A stretch of 64,000 nucleotides of DNA from Felis catus (Eukaryota): positions 157,296,001 through 157,360,000 of the forward strand of contig NC_058368.1 of assembly GCF_018350175.1 (NCBI RefSeq). Reading direction: 5' to 3'. Under the pieces are notes generated by a model. It did not search any database and had not been told where the DNA came from. It saw only the letters and a list, made by a program, of their open reading frames with translations. The position numbers were made by a program, and so were the translations under genes. Numbering within the stretch: position 1 is the stretch's first letter; each line of letters begins with the position of its first letter. Of this stretch, positions 39,735-53,031 are shown one piece after another.

Positions 39735-41098
39735 CTCGGCCAACAGAGAGAAAAACAAAACAAAACAAAACAAAACCTTCTCTGCAAGAAGTATTAAACA
39801 TAACTCAAAAAACCCAGGTATTTAAAAATAATTATGGCAAAAATAAAACAGGATAATATACATATATATATTCTCATGTTACCATCAAATTTATGGCAGA
39901 GGAACTGAGCCTGATTTGGGGGTTTAGATACATTTTGTTTCATATTTAAGAATAAGTATCTATTCTGGAAGTAATCTTTAAGGGATGGAATACTACTTAG
40001 AGACCATTTGCTTACAGATACTTAGAGGCATTAAGTGATTTTTCCCTTATCACCCAGCTGCTGAAGGGCACAAGTGGGATAAGAACCAAGACATTCTGAC
40101 TCAAAAATGTACTGCTTTTTGGCATATTCTGCACTACTATCTACAAATCACTCCCATGTCTTTATTTAAATAGAGCAGAACCTCTAGTGAGGAGCAGTCA
40201 GCACTTTGCTCTCATCTGTTGCATTTGCTTCATTTATTTCTTTAAAAGTTGCAGTGAAGCCCCATTTGATTTAAATCAGGTGACTTTTTTATTCAGTGAG
40301 ATTAAGCTATATGTTCAAATGTTACTTTCTATTCTTTTGGAAGAGGAAAATTAAAATTAAGTGTAAATAGGGGGAAACAGCATTTGTTACATAAAAAACA
40401 AAGGCCTAAAATCCTCACTTCATATGGAATTCATAAATATATAAACATGCCAACAGGAAAAATATTACCAAAGACAACCATAAAGGATTCCTCCATTTAT
40501 TTAACAGATATTTTCTTAATTTTTTCCATATATCCTGTACTCTGCTATGGTTTAGGAATAGAATTAACAAGTATTTGTTGACTTCATGTCATATTGCTAA
40601 GAAAAGGTTTATTGACAGTAATCCCATTTTGCAAAAATATGTATGTACATATACATCAAAATATCTGGAAGGATATAAAGTGGTTATCAATGGGTAGTCA
40701 GATGTGTTTATGTGAAACTTATACAACAATGGACATGGATTTCTTTTGTGATAAAGTTTTATTAAAATGTCTAAAACTTACAGACATAAAATTATTCAAT
40801 TATTTCACCTATTGTCAAGGGTTTTTTGGTAATAAAAATAAATGTATTTTATTCTTTTCTTATCCAATGGAAGATGGGTTCCAACAGAAATGGATTCCTT
40901 CCTTTCTTTTATACCACTAAAATCCCACCTTCTCTATCCAGCCCCCAAGATACCACAGATACATAAACACGCACAGACAGACATGCACACAGAAACACAG
41001 ACACATGGACACAAGACAGTCTCTCACACAATAGATACACATAAACACACCACACCACAGAAACACACACAGAGATACACAGTCTTACTAAAACTTAC

Positions 41099-41277
41099 TT
41101 TTGTAGAAGTGAAAGAGTTTGGCAGAGATCTGAATGTTTTAGTCTTGGAAATAGCATTCATTATTCTCTAAATTGCTCAGTTCTTTTTTTTTTTTTTTCA
41201 TTTGCAACCCCTGAATGCAATATTTTTTCATGCTTGCATATTATAAAATGTATAAATTCTTTTAGTGGAAACATAGC
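41099..41277 (-). pseudogene. Possible relic exon h (degraded, expanded A run)
   Basis: tttctgctttaaacag acceptor and AAA|gtaagt donor; phase-1 start GYVSTKRIYTFYNMQA*, then the frame is lost. Confidence 0.3.
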
Positions 41278-41976
41278 CTGTTTAAAGCAGAAATTAATTT
41301 TCCTTTGTGAAATTATATTAGAGAAATTTACTTCACAAGCATTATTACCAGCTGACCTTTAAAAGTTTTAAAGAACTTAAAGGACTTACTTTTATTTATT
41401 TTTATTATTTTTTTAGTTTTTGAGAGAGTGGGAGCATGTGCGGGTGCATGGGGGAGGCGGGGCAGAGGGACAGGGAAAGAGACATATGTAAAGAATAGTC
41501 ATAGCAGTATTGTTTATGATAGCCCCAAACTGGAAACAATGCATAAATTCATTAACCCTAGAATGGATATATAAATACTGATACATTCATGTATTCGAAC
41601 TCTATACAGTACTGAAAATAAATGAACTGTTGTCATATGTAACAATATGGGTGAAACTTCTGTAAATACCATTGAACAAAGAAAGCATGACACAACAGAA
41701 TACACACACCATCAAGTTCTAAAGCAGGCAACTCTATTTTCTAGGATTACACACTTGGGTAGTGTATTGATATTCTCAAGCTAGGCAAGTGAAGATTGTT
41801 TAATAAAAGGTGTGGGAAGAGTTTGGGGAAAGCTATAAGGAATGGTACAGTGTCCTAGTGCCAGTAAGAGCAGGAGGCATAACTATCCTTAGATGGGAAG
41901 TGGTAAGCAGATTGAACGCAGAGGGAGAGAGTTGCATGAAGAGTTAAGTCTCATAGGAACAGTGACCTTTGGTTGT

Positions 41977-42591
41977 TGTGATGTTTAATTTTGTATACCA
42001 ACTGGACTGGGCCATGGTGTCCAGACATTTGTCAAACTTATTCTAGATTTCTGTGAAGGTGTTTTAAAATATGTAATTAACATTTATTAAACACATTTTT
42101 AGTACAGTTGACACACAATGTTACATTAGTTTCAGGCGTACAGCATAGTGATTCATCTTCTCTATGTTATGTTATGTTCACCACAAGTGTAGTTACCATC
42201 CGTCACCATACAACACGATTATAATATCATTGACTATATTCCCTATGCTGTGCCTTTTACTCCCGTGACTCATTCATTCTAGATTAACATTTATATAAGT
42301 GCATTTTGAGTAAAGCAGATTACCTCCATAATATGGGTAGGCCTCATCCAATCAATTGAAGGCCTTAATAGAACAGACTGACTTCCCTCAAGCAAGAAGG
42401 AATTCTGCCAGCAGTCTTTGGGCTTGAACTGCAACTCTTCCCCAGGTCTGCAGCCTGCTGACCTACCACACATATTTTTGATTCACCAAACCTCCACAAT
42501 TGTATGAGCCAATTCTTTAAAATAAATCTCTCTCTCTCTCTCTCTCCTTCTCCCTCATATATATGTATGTCATATATACATACATATATAT

Positions 42592-42628
<37 letters not shown>

Positions 42629-42671
42629 CATTTATGTCAGTTCAGGATGTATAACAGTATTATATATATAT

Positions 42672-42722
<51 letters not shown>

Positions 42723-42761
42723 ATGTTGATTCTGTTTCTCTGCCTAACCCTGGTGAACACA
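41977..42761 (+). mobile_element. ERVL LTR (MLT2-like) containing an L1 3' fragment and (TC)/(TA)/(CA) microsatellites
   Basis: tgtgatgtttaatttt...ctggactgggcca...gagtaaagcagatt...tctgtttctctg..aaccct. L1 piece ~42085-42282 flanked by TSD attaacattta. Confidence 0.75.
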
Positions 42762-43225
42762 GTTAGTAATTAAACCAACCCAGCTAGCCCTTGGGGAGAC
42801 TCTCCAGGAGAGGAGGCAGGGGAGGAAAATATCCTATTTCATTCCACTCCATCTGATCTCCCTGTTGATAAATGCAAGTGGAAGCCAGAGGCCAATGGAG
42901 CTTGTTGATACAGTTCGTACAAGCCAGCTTCCCCGTATATAAAGCAGGGTGGAGAAGTGAGAAGAGTGGGCCTGAGCAGGCAAAGAAAGAGTTCAACTTT
43001 ATAAGGAAAAACTGGGAAACTGTTACCATAAAATTCAGATTAGTGGTCACCTGTAGAAGTGTGAGAAAGTATCTAGAAGGGATGCATAGGTTGGGGTATT
43101 TCCTCACCTGAATGATGGTTAAATGGGTATTTGTTTTATAATTATTCATTAAAACATGTGCTGTTGTATATTTCATAATTTACAATAATAAAAACTTGTA
43201 TAATACTTGAGTTTTAAGTCCTAAC

Positions 43226-43339
43226 CATTTTCCAGGTAAGCAAGTTTGCAGCATTTAAAATGGTCTGTTGAAAACACTAGAAATTTGCTATAGATAAGCT
43301 TACAAGTCCTGACAAGTGAAGTAATTAAATAACTCAGGA
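43226..43339 (-). pseudogene. Relic exon g (114 nt, phase 1-1)
   Basis: atatcttttag|(I)LSYLITSLVRTCKLIYSKFLVFSTDHFKCCKLAYLEN+G|gttagg. Open frame; phase matches exon f. Confidence 0.5.
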
Positions 43340-43691
43340 CTAAAAGATATTTTCTTTAAAAAAAAAAAAAGTTGCTTTGAGCCAAATGGGGAAGAAAAAC
43401 TAGTAACTAGAGACTCAGACATGTTTAAATACTGACAGTATTGAATAGCAGAGAGGTAAATGTTGAAGACACCAGAGAAGAAAGGGGAAACAGATGGAGT
43501 GCAGTTCCTCCAGTGTCAAAAGGGGAAGCACACACAGCACTACCAGAGGCTGGTATACCAGCCTTAAATAAGATGAAGGAATCTATTGCACGGTAACTGA
43601 AGGGCAAAGAAAAGGATGTATGTGGTGACACGTAAATTTGTTGGCTTAGTAGTGGGAAGCTGAGGGTAGTTCCCCATCTGATGCTTCCTTT

Positions 43692-43943
43692 GTCTTGTCT
43701 TGTCTTGTCTTATCTTGTCTTGTCTTGTCTTCTATTTTCTTTTTTCTTTTCTTTTCTCTTTCTTTTGAGAGAGAAAGAGCACAAGCAGGGGAGGGGAAGA
43801 GGGAGAGGGAGAGAGAGAATCTTAAGCAGGCTCCATGCCCAGTGTGGAGCCCAATTCAAGGCTCAATTTCACGACTGTGAGATCATGACCTGAGCCAAAA
43901 TCAAGAGTTCAACAGTTAACTGACTGAGCCACCCAGGCACCCC
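43692..43943 (-). mobile_element. SINEC with (GTCTT)n tail
   Basis: TSD atgcttccttt. Confidence 0.85.
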
Positions 43944-45088
43944 ATGATGCTTCCTTTTCCTCTGGGACAGAAAACATTAGGGAAGATAAGGAGGGAAGAG
44001 ATGTCAAAGTCTGAGACAGAAGACAGTGAGAAGGCTTGAACCACTCTGGAGAATGAGTGGCAAGAAATACCCAGTGTTCAATTGAAGTTGGAGACTGTGA
44101 ATTTGTAGCACCACCAATCTGCATGATGACTTTCTATAGTAAGATTTAGCCATCAAAATATGGGTATAGAAAAAATTAGACAGCTGGATTGATCCAGGGT
44201 TGGAGTTTTGGACTGAAGGACTACAGAACAAGGGATGTGAGGCTAAACACAAAGAGATGCACCATGGGATTTCAAATGGATAGGGTGGGAACTAAAGACA
44301 GAAGAGGGCTATCAGAGAAGGAGAACATGGAAGGGTCAAGGGTTTGGATATTGTATGAGAGCATGAGCAGGGAGCAACTGAATGATGGAAATGGAAGGAT
44401 GAAGGTTGCGTGTCCAGGTTGTGGAATATCTGAATGTGTTGTTGTAGGTGTGGAGCAGTTGTGGATAGTGATAATGCCTAGGGACAGGACATTGAAAAGG
44501 AGGGATAAAGTGGAGTGGAGGTGAAGGTCACCAAAGAAGAGAGGCTAAGAAGTTGAAAGAGTAATTCACGTGGACATCGACATCATGGAGGATCATGAAC
44601 ATATGTGGAGCAGAGAGAAAAATAGTGAACAATGTATGAGGTGGAGGTTGGTGGTTGAGTGGGAGGTTGCTAAATGACAGCAAGAGGAAAGATAGAAGGA
44701 AGTATAGCAAATGGCTCTTTGGATCAGAAGAACAGTTCTTCAGGAGGATAAAGGAATAATGGTCTGGTTCTCCCCTCTACCCCAATTGGAATTACAGAAG
44801 GTAAACTAGAAAAGTTTTGCAGGAAAAATGCATGGGCAAATCTAGGTGACCAGGATACATTATAGCTGGGCCTGTAGCAAGGAGGATATCAGGTTAAAGT
44901 GGCTGTAAAATTCAGGAAGAATTCACTCTAGAAACGCCCTAATTAGCAGGTGGTATTGATAGTCCCGATTGCCCAGGTTGGCCCTGGAAAATTCTAAGTT
45001 TTAGAAGTTTAGAAGATACCAAGTTTTCCCTGATATGAGAATCTAGAAGTAAAGAACACAAGTGCATTTAGTACAGTTGTTTGCATAC

Positions 45089-45250
45089 TTGTTCCGTGGG
45101 CTATTAGATTCCTTTGAAGCTCTAGGTTAAGAACCATATTTGGAAGATGGCTTTGTAAATGTGGCTGTTGGATGATCTTTGTGGCTAATCCCATCATGTA
45201 GATAGACCTTAGTCTTTCCTAAGCCTGAATCTGCCAATCAGAAGACAGAA
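45089..45250 (-). pseudogene. Relic exon f (162 nt, phase 1-1)
   Basis: caatcttctacag|LSSDWQIQA*ERLRSIYMMGLATKIIQQPHLQSHLPNMVLNLELQRNLIAHGT+A|gtatgc. One stop. The join to exon e needs a 1-nt change in exon e's A7 run. Confidence 0.5.
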
Positions 45251-45392
45251 CTGTAGAAGATTGAGCAAGTTTTAAATTGGCACAAAATTCCACTTGCTGG
45301 CTTAATTCCAATTAACTATTTATTTATATATGCAAAACATTCTTGGGATCAAAATGACCTATACCTTAGATGCCTAATAAATGCTTGTTGAG

Positions 45393-45615
45393 AGGCACCT
45401 GGGGAGTTCAGTTGGTTGAGTGTCTTACTCTTGATTTTGGATCAGTCTTGATCCGAGGGTCCTGAGATCGAGCCCAGTGTCAGGCTCTGCACTGGGCATG
45501 GAGCTAGCTTAAGATTCTCTCTTTCTTTCTCTCTCTTTCTCTCTCTCCCCCTCTGCCCCTCTGCCCTGCTCTCTCTCTCTCTCTCTCTTTCTCTCTTAAA
45601 AAACAAAACAAAACG
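45393..45615 (+). mobile_element. SINEC
   Basis: Head ggcacctggggagttcag, (CT)n, TSD ttgttga. Confidence 0.85.
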
Positions 45616-46280
45616 TTTGTTGAACTGAAAGGATAATAGTGGGCTTCCCATGTAGACTTCCCTACAGGGAAAAGAAGGTGTTGGCCACATATCATAAGTT
45701 TCTGGGCCCTTTAATAGTTACCCTTCTCATTATAAATGAGCAAATCTAGGTTATACACTGGCTTCTTGTGCACTGAGTTAGCACAAACTCATCCATTGAG
45801 TAGGATCAGCTCTGGGCACCCTGACAAAATTAAGTTTCTGGACTTGCAAAACTGAGGAATGAGCCCTGGAAAATGTGACTTGACTGAGGCAATGTCATCC
45901 TGAGGCCAGCCTGAGCAGCTCAGCTGGCCTCTCCCTGTGACACTTCTAACTCCGTTGTTTAGAACAGCAACTGTATTTACATCATTTTTAGCTCCTGCAA
46001 TAAAAAGCTTTGAGACCATGGCTGAGTTGTAAGCAAAACATCCTTGTAATCACAGTTAATGCAACAGGACTAAGTCATGTATTAGAAATCATAGTGAGTT
46101 AATAAAACCCAGTGGCTGAAGGTGTCTCCTAATTCTAGAGTCTAGCGTGGGGAGTTATTAACAGTGTATATAATTTGTGACTGTTCATGGGTAGTGACCT
46201 AGTAACAGATTGTTCCTTTTAAGGCTACAGCTAGTGAGTACTAAAATGCTTGTAACAAAACAAAACAAAACAAAGCAAAC

Positions 46281-46512
46281 TGCTTTTTTTGTGGGTGTCT
46301 GCTTTGTTTTGTTTGTATTCTCTACTTCATTGCTTCTTGTGTTATGGCAGAGTTGCACATTTCTGAGTGTCTCATTCTTCTTGTTCACAGAATCATAAAC
46401 TTTTCCCACTACTCTGAAGAGTTGGACATAATGACCAGTAAAAACAGGATTTTTGTTCGACATGGCAACCATTCCAATAACAAATACCGATGATCCTTTC
46501 GTTTCTGTTCAC
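46281..46512 (-). pseudogene. Relic exon e (232 nt, phase 2 start)
   Basis: cctttttatag|(R)*TETKGSSVFVIGMVAMSNKNPVFTGHYVQLFRVVGKVYDSVNKKNETLRNVQLCHNTRSNEVENTNKTKQTPTKKA|gtttgc. One stop, then 76 open codons. Confidence 0.55.
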
Positions 46513-47727
46513 CTATAAAAAGGTAGTTGCTAACTAACCAGTTCAGTAAAATGTCATGTCTTGCTAGATTTCACTAGAAAGAAAAGAGTTTTCTTGCCTT
46601 TCAGAATTTCATGAGTTCTTATGATTTGCCAATTTGGTAGTAAAGCAAAATATGTGGTGTGGGGGGGAAACATCACAGTATAAATATGCACACCCTTTAA
46701 TTTTACCTGCTGGTAAGTAATTTAATCTTTATTTTTATACTAAATCAGCAAGAATATACTATGACTGAAAAGACAAAACTTGAGAACTTAAAGCCCTGGG
46801 CTTGCAGTGGGGAACTTATGCTGCAGCCTGGATGGGGATTTAGGTGTGGGCGTGGTAAGGGGTATTGCTCAAGTTCCTCTCTTTAGGGGAATATTTCAGT
46901 GGAAACTTTGAGAAGATCTAATTGACACCAGGATGAGTCCACAAGCATCTTTGCTTTGTTTCTGCTACTTACCACTTCACTGAGAAAAGTCTAGACACTT
47001 TTGAATGAAGATGCTGAATCTTTTAATGTAGATTGAATTGCTCTTGTCCCACCCTGGTCCTAAAACTGGAAGGAGCTTGTTACACCGAACATCTTGAGAA
47101 AGAACACTGGACAAGCCCCTTCATTAGCAGAAATAGTATCGGCCCTGTAGGAGTAGGGGAAAGTTACCAGTTGGGAATGGAGTTTGGATCTGGCTATAGC
47201 AGGGAAAGAAACTGGTAGTATAACTGGAAAGATAATAATAACTATGCAAGTCCAGATATTTTAATTTGAAGATGAGTAGTGAGAATAGCAATAAAAAATA
47301 ACAATACTGAAGTCTCAGATTAAGATTTAAAACATTGAATGGGCTCTAAAGAGGACCATGGAGATCACTGTCAGTAAGAATATGCCCAGGGGATCTCGGG
47401 ATAAGGTGAAAAACAAAAGGAAGAGAAAAAAAAATGTCCTTAAGATAAAGTGAAAGTTTTAAATGCCTGAGTTAGGTGATGTTTGAATGCCAAAGGACTA
47501 TTCCCCAAGGATACAAGCTGTTAACCAGCTGGGCATTTCTTAGAGAAAAAAAAAAGCTTCTAAGAAAATTTCAATTGTTCACTGTAAAATAGTTTTTCAT
47601 TGCAGACAAGATTATAGAGTTGGGTGTGAAAAGTAAAAAGCAAGGTGAGAAAAATAAGGATCAGAAGTATTGTATGAGGGCAGAAGTGAGGTGAATTGGT
47701 TTGTTCTTGCCATTAAATGAAAAAGGA

Positions 47728-47940
47728 GGGGGCACCTGGGTGGCTCAGTCACTTAAGCCTCCAACTCTTGATTTTGGTTCAGGTCATGAGCTTGGGGTTC
47801 CTGGGAACGAGCCCCTCATCAGGCTCTGCACCACGGAGCCTGCTTGGGGTTCTCTCTCTCCCTTTATCTCTGCCCCTCCCCCACCAACACTGTGCATGCT
47901 CTCCCTGGGTCTCAAAGTAAACATAAAAGAGAAAACAAAA
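47728..47940 (+). mobile_element. SINEC
   Basis: ggggcacctgggtggctcag head. Confidence 0.85.
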
Positions 47941-48368
47941 AAGAGAACATTTCAAAGCAGCCTTGTAAAATGCCCAGTTGGGATAATGCCCAATGGATGG
48001 TCGTAGCACAGATGCATAGCAGAGATGGCAAGTAGAAGGAATATAAGAGATGGGGAAGACTTACGAGGAATCTACCATTGTAAATGGCACAACTTTTAGT
48101 ACAGTTAACAGTAGAGCCAGATTATAGTAATATTGAAAAAATCTATCTTTTCATGTATTTAAGATTTTCACAAAGGTCTATCAGCAGAGTATTACACCAT
48201 TTAAATCTAATATTTATATTAGATATATTTCTGTATAGCTACAAATGGAAATATTCACAAATATTATGCATAAGTAAATGATACAATCAATAATGTTTGA
48301 TAAAGACACTTGTATATATATTTTTCAAGGACTAAATAACAGAGCAGGCATATTGAAGGCTGAACAAC

Positions 48369-48468
48369 CTGATTTCTTTGAAGTTCAATCCTTTGAAAAA
48401 TGCTGGTAGCAACAAGCAGTCCTGGTTCAAAGGAACATATGTTCTGGTATTTTTAAGTAACATTTTAA
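48369..48468 (-). pseudogene. Relic exon d (100 nt, phase 1-2)
   Basis: ttctgctttccag|(V)KMLLKNTRTYVPLNQDCLLLPAFFKGLNFKEI+AG|gttgtt. Open frame; 97-nt intron from exon c. Confidence 0.5.
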
Positions 48469-48565
48469 CTGGAAAGCAGAACGATTGTTTGAAAAACACG
48501 ATTGCACACAATGATAGAGGTGGGTGGCTGATATAAATTCAAACAAACAAATGCATACTTTACAC

Positions 48566-48702
48566 CTTTTCTGAAAGAGTTTACGGTAGTTAGATTCTGG
48601 ATTTTCACCTTGGCTTCTCCAAACAGAATTGACAGCATTGCAGCCTTGCAGTTTAGAAGAAATCCACTAGAAGAAAGAAGTAATAAACTGTCAGCTACTT
48701 CT
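48566..48702 (-). pseudogene. Relic exon c
   Basis: attcttcccag(ag)|EVADSLLLLSSSGFLLNCKAAMLSILFGEAKVKIQNLTTVNSFRK+G|gtgtaa (alternative donor gtatgc at 48558). Open frame; both boundaries ambiguous. Confidence 0.5.
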
Positions 48703-49120
48703 CTGGGAAGAATTACCCAAGTAATAAAATGAATAAAGTCAACTTTTCTCATGACTGACTGTATGGTTACTGACCTTGGCATGTGACTCTGCTTAGGTTA
48801 TTCTATGTGAAGTACATGCATGCTCTTGTTGTAAAAGCAAAAAGATGCTAATCTTGAATTTTATGATTTTTGTGTGAATTTGCAAGCTTTATGTCTCATT
48901 AGATAAGTTAATACAATATAAAACGTTTTTTACCAGGCAGGTTTCTAGGCACGTAGGTCGGCAGTTTATCTGTGTTGCCTCCTCCTATCTCCTCTTTCTT
49001 TCCTCTCTCCCCGCCTCTCTCACCCCAGCAGTCAGCCCTGATGCCCTATTCAACAGCACAGGACTCCACTATGGTGTTTTCCTAAGCTTGCTCTCTAGAG
49101 CACAGCCCTAGCTACCAGAT

Positions 49121-50849
49121 CTGTAGTCTCCAAACTTTTTTTGACTGAGTACCCGATAAGAAAGAATTTTGAACACACTCTCAATATCTTTATAAATTAC
49201 GTGCATATATTCCTGTTAATATATAATGAATACAATAAAACATACAGAAATAAAGATATCAATAGATGAAATAAAGATGAAGCAAATTATATTTTAAATA
49301 ATTTTAAACTGTATTAACAATAACACAAAATACATTTTCTTTTTTTTTTTTAATTTTTTTTTCAACGTTTATTTATTTTTGGGACAGAGAGAGACAGAGC
49401 ACGAACGGGGGAGGGGCAGAGAGAGAGGGAGACACAGAATTGGAAACTGGCTCTAGGCTCCGAGCCATCAGCCCAGAGCCTGACGCGGGGCTTGAACTCC
49501 CGGACCGCGAGATCGTGACCTGGCTGAAGTCGGACGCTTAACCGACTGCGCCACCCAGGGGCCCCTACATTTTCTTTAAAATGTTACTGTTAGAGCTTTT
49601 TAGAGAGAACAATAATTCAGTATTTTTCTTAACTCTTAGTTTAACTCTTTGTGATACAGCAATGTAGATGTCTGCTTTTACGTTTTGTTTACTTCAAGTT
49701 TCTCTGAAAAGATCTCATGAAGATAAATGAATTTGAATGGAAGAACTGCTTCCTTAGCTGAGTTACTAAATCATAATGCTTATTTTTCAGCCCCACTTTT
49801 TATGTGAAGATTTTTGTTAATATCTAATGCTATTAGATACATACATTTCCAACTTGCCTAATGTTACTCATTTGTTTCTACACTCTAATCAGAAGATGTT
49901 GTAAATGTTTATATTTTTAACAAATGGCTTCAAAACCCATGGAAATTTTATTTGGAAAATGTTTAGCTAGGTTAAAAAAGCCTATAATATATGCATTTTT
50001 ATAGGTTACATGCAATGTTTTCCTTCACAAAAATTACATAATGAAGGAAGTATTTTCATATATCAACACAGTGTAGTGTGTAAGGGCATAGACTCTGGAG
50101 CCAGTCTACTAAGTTGGAATCCCAACTCATTGTTTGTATAACTGTGGGCAAGTTACTTAGCCTCTTTCTGTGCCTCAATTTTCTCTCCTGTAAATTAGGA
50201 TAGTAAGACATGTACTCAACAGGGCGGATATTAAATATTAATAAGTAGTAAATAAGTCAATAATAGTAAAACACTTACTATCATATCTGACATATAGTAA
50301 GTATACTCAAGTATATAAAGGATTAAGGGGAGAATTCTCATGCCCTGAAGTTAAGAGTGTAATAATTAAAATGATTTTTGAAATCAGTTGGGTATTATCT
50401 ACTAAAGTTGGACATACACATACCCTGTGACGTAGCATACCCACTATATTTAATAAGAGTGGTCCTTGAGGCTTTGTTTGTAATAGGCAAAAACTACAAA
50501 TAACCCACATATGTATCTACAATGGGATGGAAAAGTAAATGGTTGTGTATATATCCATTGGATGTTATTCAGCAATAAAAATGAATGAAAGGAACAAACC
50601 ACAGCTACATTCACATGAATGAATCTGACAAATGATGATGATCATAAGAATCAAGACACAAAAGAGTATACACAGTGTGATGCCACTTATAAAAAGTTCA
50701 AAAAGAAGCAAAATTAAAATGTTTGCTTAGGGATGCACATGTAGTAAAGCTATATAGAAAAATAAATAATCATCACAAAAGTCAGGTGATGATTATCTCT
50801 AAGGAAGAAAACATAACTGTAACTGGGGAGGGGGAAGGGGGCGGGCACC

Positions 50850-50898
<49 letters not shown>

Positions 50899-52491
50899 TG
50901 CACATGCCTGTACCCTTGCATGAATGTTGATAATACCCTATTTTCTGACTTGGGAGATGTTTAGGAAAGTTTATTTTATAATTATTCATTTGTGATGATT
51001 TTTATGCAATTTTCTGTGTACAGGTGTTATACTTCACAATGAAGAAAAAATTTTCAAAACTCTCTACAAGTCTCATTTGCACAAAATTAACTGCATTGTT
51101 AACATCTTATAGTGCTGTGTATTCTGGCCCCAACTTCTTTGCTGGAATAACTTCCTATAAAATGTACCATGAATGAATTTCACATGAATGCTCTCATATA
51201 ACCTTAGCTTGGAATCCTCCCCTTCATTTTTTTAAAAAGTTTGAGTCAAAACAATGAATCCATCGATGATTACACTACACAAGTTTTGTATAAAAGTTTT
51301 CATTTTTACAAATTCAACTATTATTTAAAACATCATTTCAAGATGTAGTTAAGAAAGAATATCTTCTCTACTATAGTTTTTCTTTAGTGGCTCACACACA
51401 AAAATGTCATTTTAAAATGTATTTCATTATCAAAACATAGTGTAGTAAATACCACACTGAAACAGAATCTATCATAACAGAATCTATCCACCATAACGTG
51501 AGACATATTAAAAACATCTGTGCTTTCAGTTTAACTTTATGCTAAACTTCCCACATTGTGTAACTTGTTCCAATACTTGGGTCTTTGGGTCTTTAGCAGT
51601 GTTTCATATGCATATTCTCAAGGTATTCACTGTCAAAGAAATGAAGTTGTTTTTTTCCATTTGTGTTCCATGTATAATTTCAGGGATTTTCATCTTGGCA
51701 AGAAAAAAAACTATTTTCCCTATCGTATGTTGCTTTTTGACATTCATTGTTATGAAAGCTCAGACAAAGCTTTTTAGCATTTGTAGTATATGAATTTTCT
51801 TTAAAGTATTGGCTTGAACAGTACATTACTCAATATGCTGGAGATGCCGAGTTTTGCCTTCATGTTTGAATGCGTAGTTTTTAAATGGCTAGCTAATTGT
51901 AATCAGTTCAGAATATCATTATCTATTAACTATGATACACACCGGGTGAAGTCAGTTAGCAAAAGTATATGTAAATTCATACTTAAAACAAATGTTCTTA
52001 TTATTTCAATGATTATGGCCAACTTGTCAGATCCGATTAAGTCATTCATTTTTTACTTTGCAATGTGGCTTCCAAAGGACATCAGAAATGTCAACGCAGC
52101 CAACTGTGTTTGCTTATTCTTGCGTTATTAACACTATCTCCATTGGTCCATGCTGTAACAGTTCATTTAAATATCCTACATAAATCCACTTAGTGAGACA
52201 GAAACTGCAACATGTGGCAATATGTTGAAAGCGAACAATGGAGAGAGCCCTCCCCTTCTGTTCTGTGTGCTGCTGTGCTCCCACCCTCTCCCCAGAGCAC
52301 CTCAGGTGCCTGTCCACCTATGGACCATGTGGGGGTGCTGCTGCCAGTCCTCACCTTCAATATTATTAAAGCTTGACTTCTTTCCCTTTATTTTGATAAA
52401 AGTATATGTGTTTGTACATAGAAGTCCAAATACTTTATTCTCAAATTTCAGGTTCAGGTTCATCCTCTGTACCCCACTTTAGAGACCCTTG
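49121..52491 (-). mobile_element. Charlie2-like hAT with transposase remnants; interrupted by SINEC, MIR and L1M
   Basis: Termini ctgtagtctccaaac / ctttagagacccttg; right flank ctctagac fits the hAT target NTCTAGAN; minus-strand QLASHLKTTH (~51870-51899) resembles a BED finger. Confidence 0.65.
49342..49565 (-). mobile_element. Young felid SINEC inside the Charlie2-like element
   Basis: CpG-rich; TSD tacattttctt. Confidence 0.92.
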
Positions 52492-52581
52492 CTCTAGACA
52501 GTCTTAAAATTTTATTCCTCTTAATGTTAGAAATACCCTCTTTTTACTGAAAATAAACTTGAAACTCTAATATATTCTTTC

Positions 52582-52647
52582 AGGGGCTCCTGGGTGGTTC
52601 AGTCAGTTGAGCGTCCAGCTCTTGGTTTTGGCTCAAGTCATGATCTG

Positions 52648-52687
<40 letters not shown>

Positions 52688-52710
52688 ATAAATAAACTGA
52701 AAAAAAAAAT
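52582..52710 (+). mobile_element. Internally deleted SINEC
   Basis: Head joined directly to (CT)n and tail. Confidence 0.8.
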
Positions 52711-52882
52711 AAAACATAAAATTAGATGACAATAACACTGCTCTGATTGACTATGAGATGGGAGAATGTGGTGCTCAGACCTCTCTAGGTATCTTTCTCC
52801 CCCACCTCCTCAGATGGAAAACTAGTTCCTTTGAAACACAGTTGGAAAAATCTTAATGCCAAGCCTAATTCTTCAGACCTAC

Positions 52883-53031
52883 CCGTAGTAACACTTGCTT
52901 CCTCTCTAGTCATTAAGGAATCAGCATATTTTTCAAAGACTGGTATATTAATATTCATGATCTGGGAACCAGTAATAACTTTCTGAGTTACCTCACACAT
53001 ACTTTAATGCTTTTATGTGGCTACATTGTAT
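52883..53031 (-). pseudogene. Relic exon b (149 nt, phase 2-1)
   Basis: cttatctccag|(R)YNVAT*KH*SMCEVTQKVITGSQIMNINIPVFEKYADSLMTREEASVTT+G|gtaggt. Strong donor; two stops. Confidence 0.5.

Noticed and set aside
40180..40333. Further relic exon after a long pyrimidine tract
   Set aside because: Plausible acceptor but multiple stops in all frames; cannot be placed without an ortholog.
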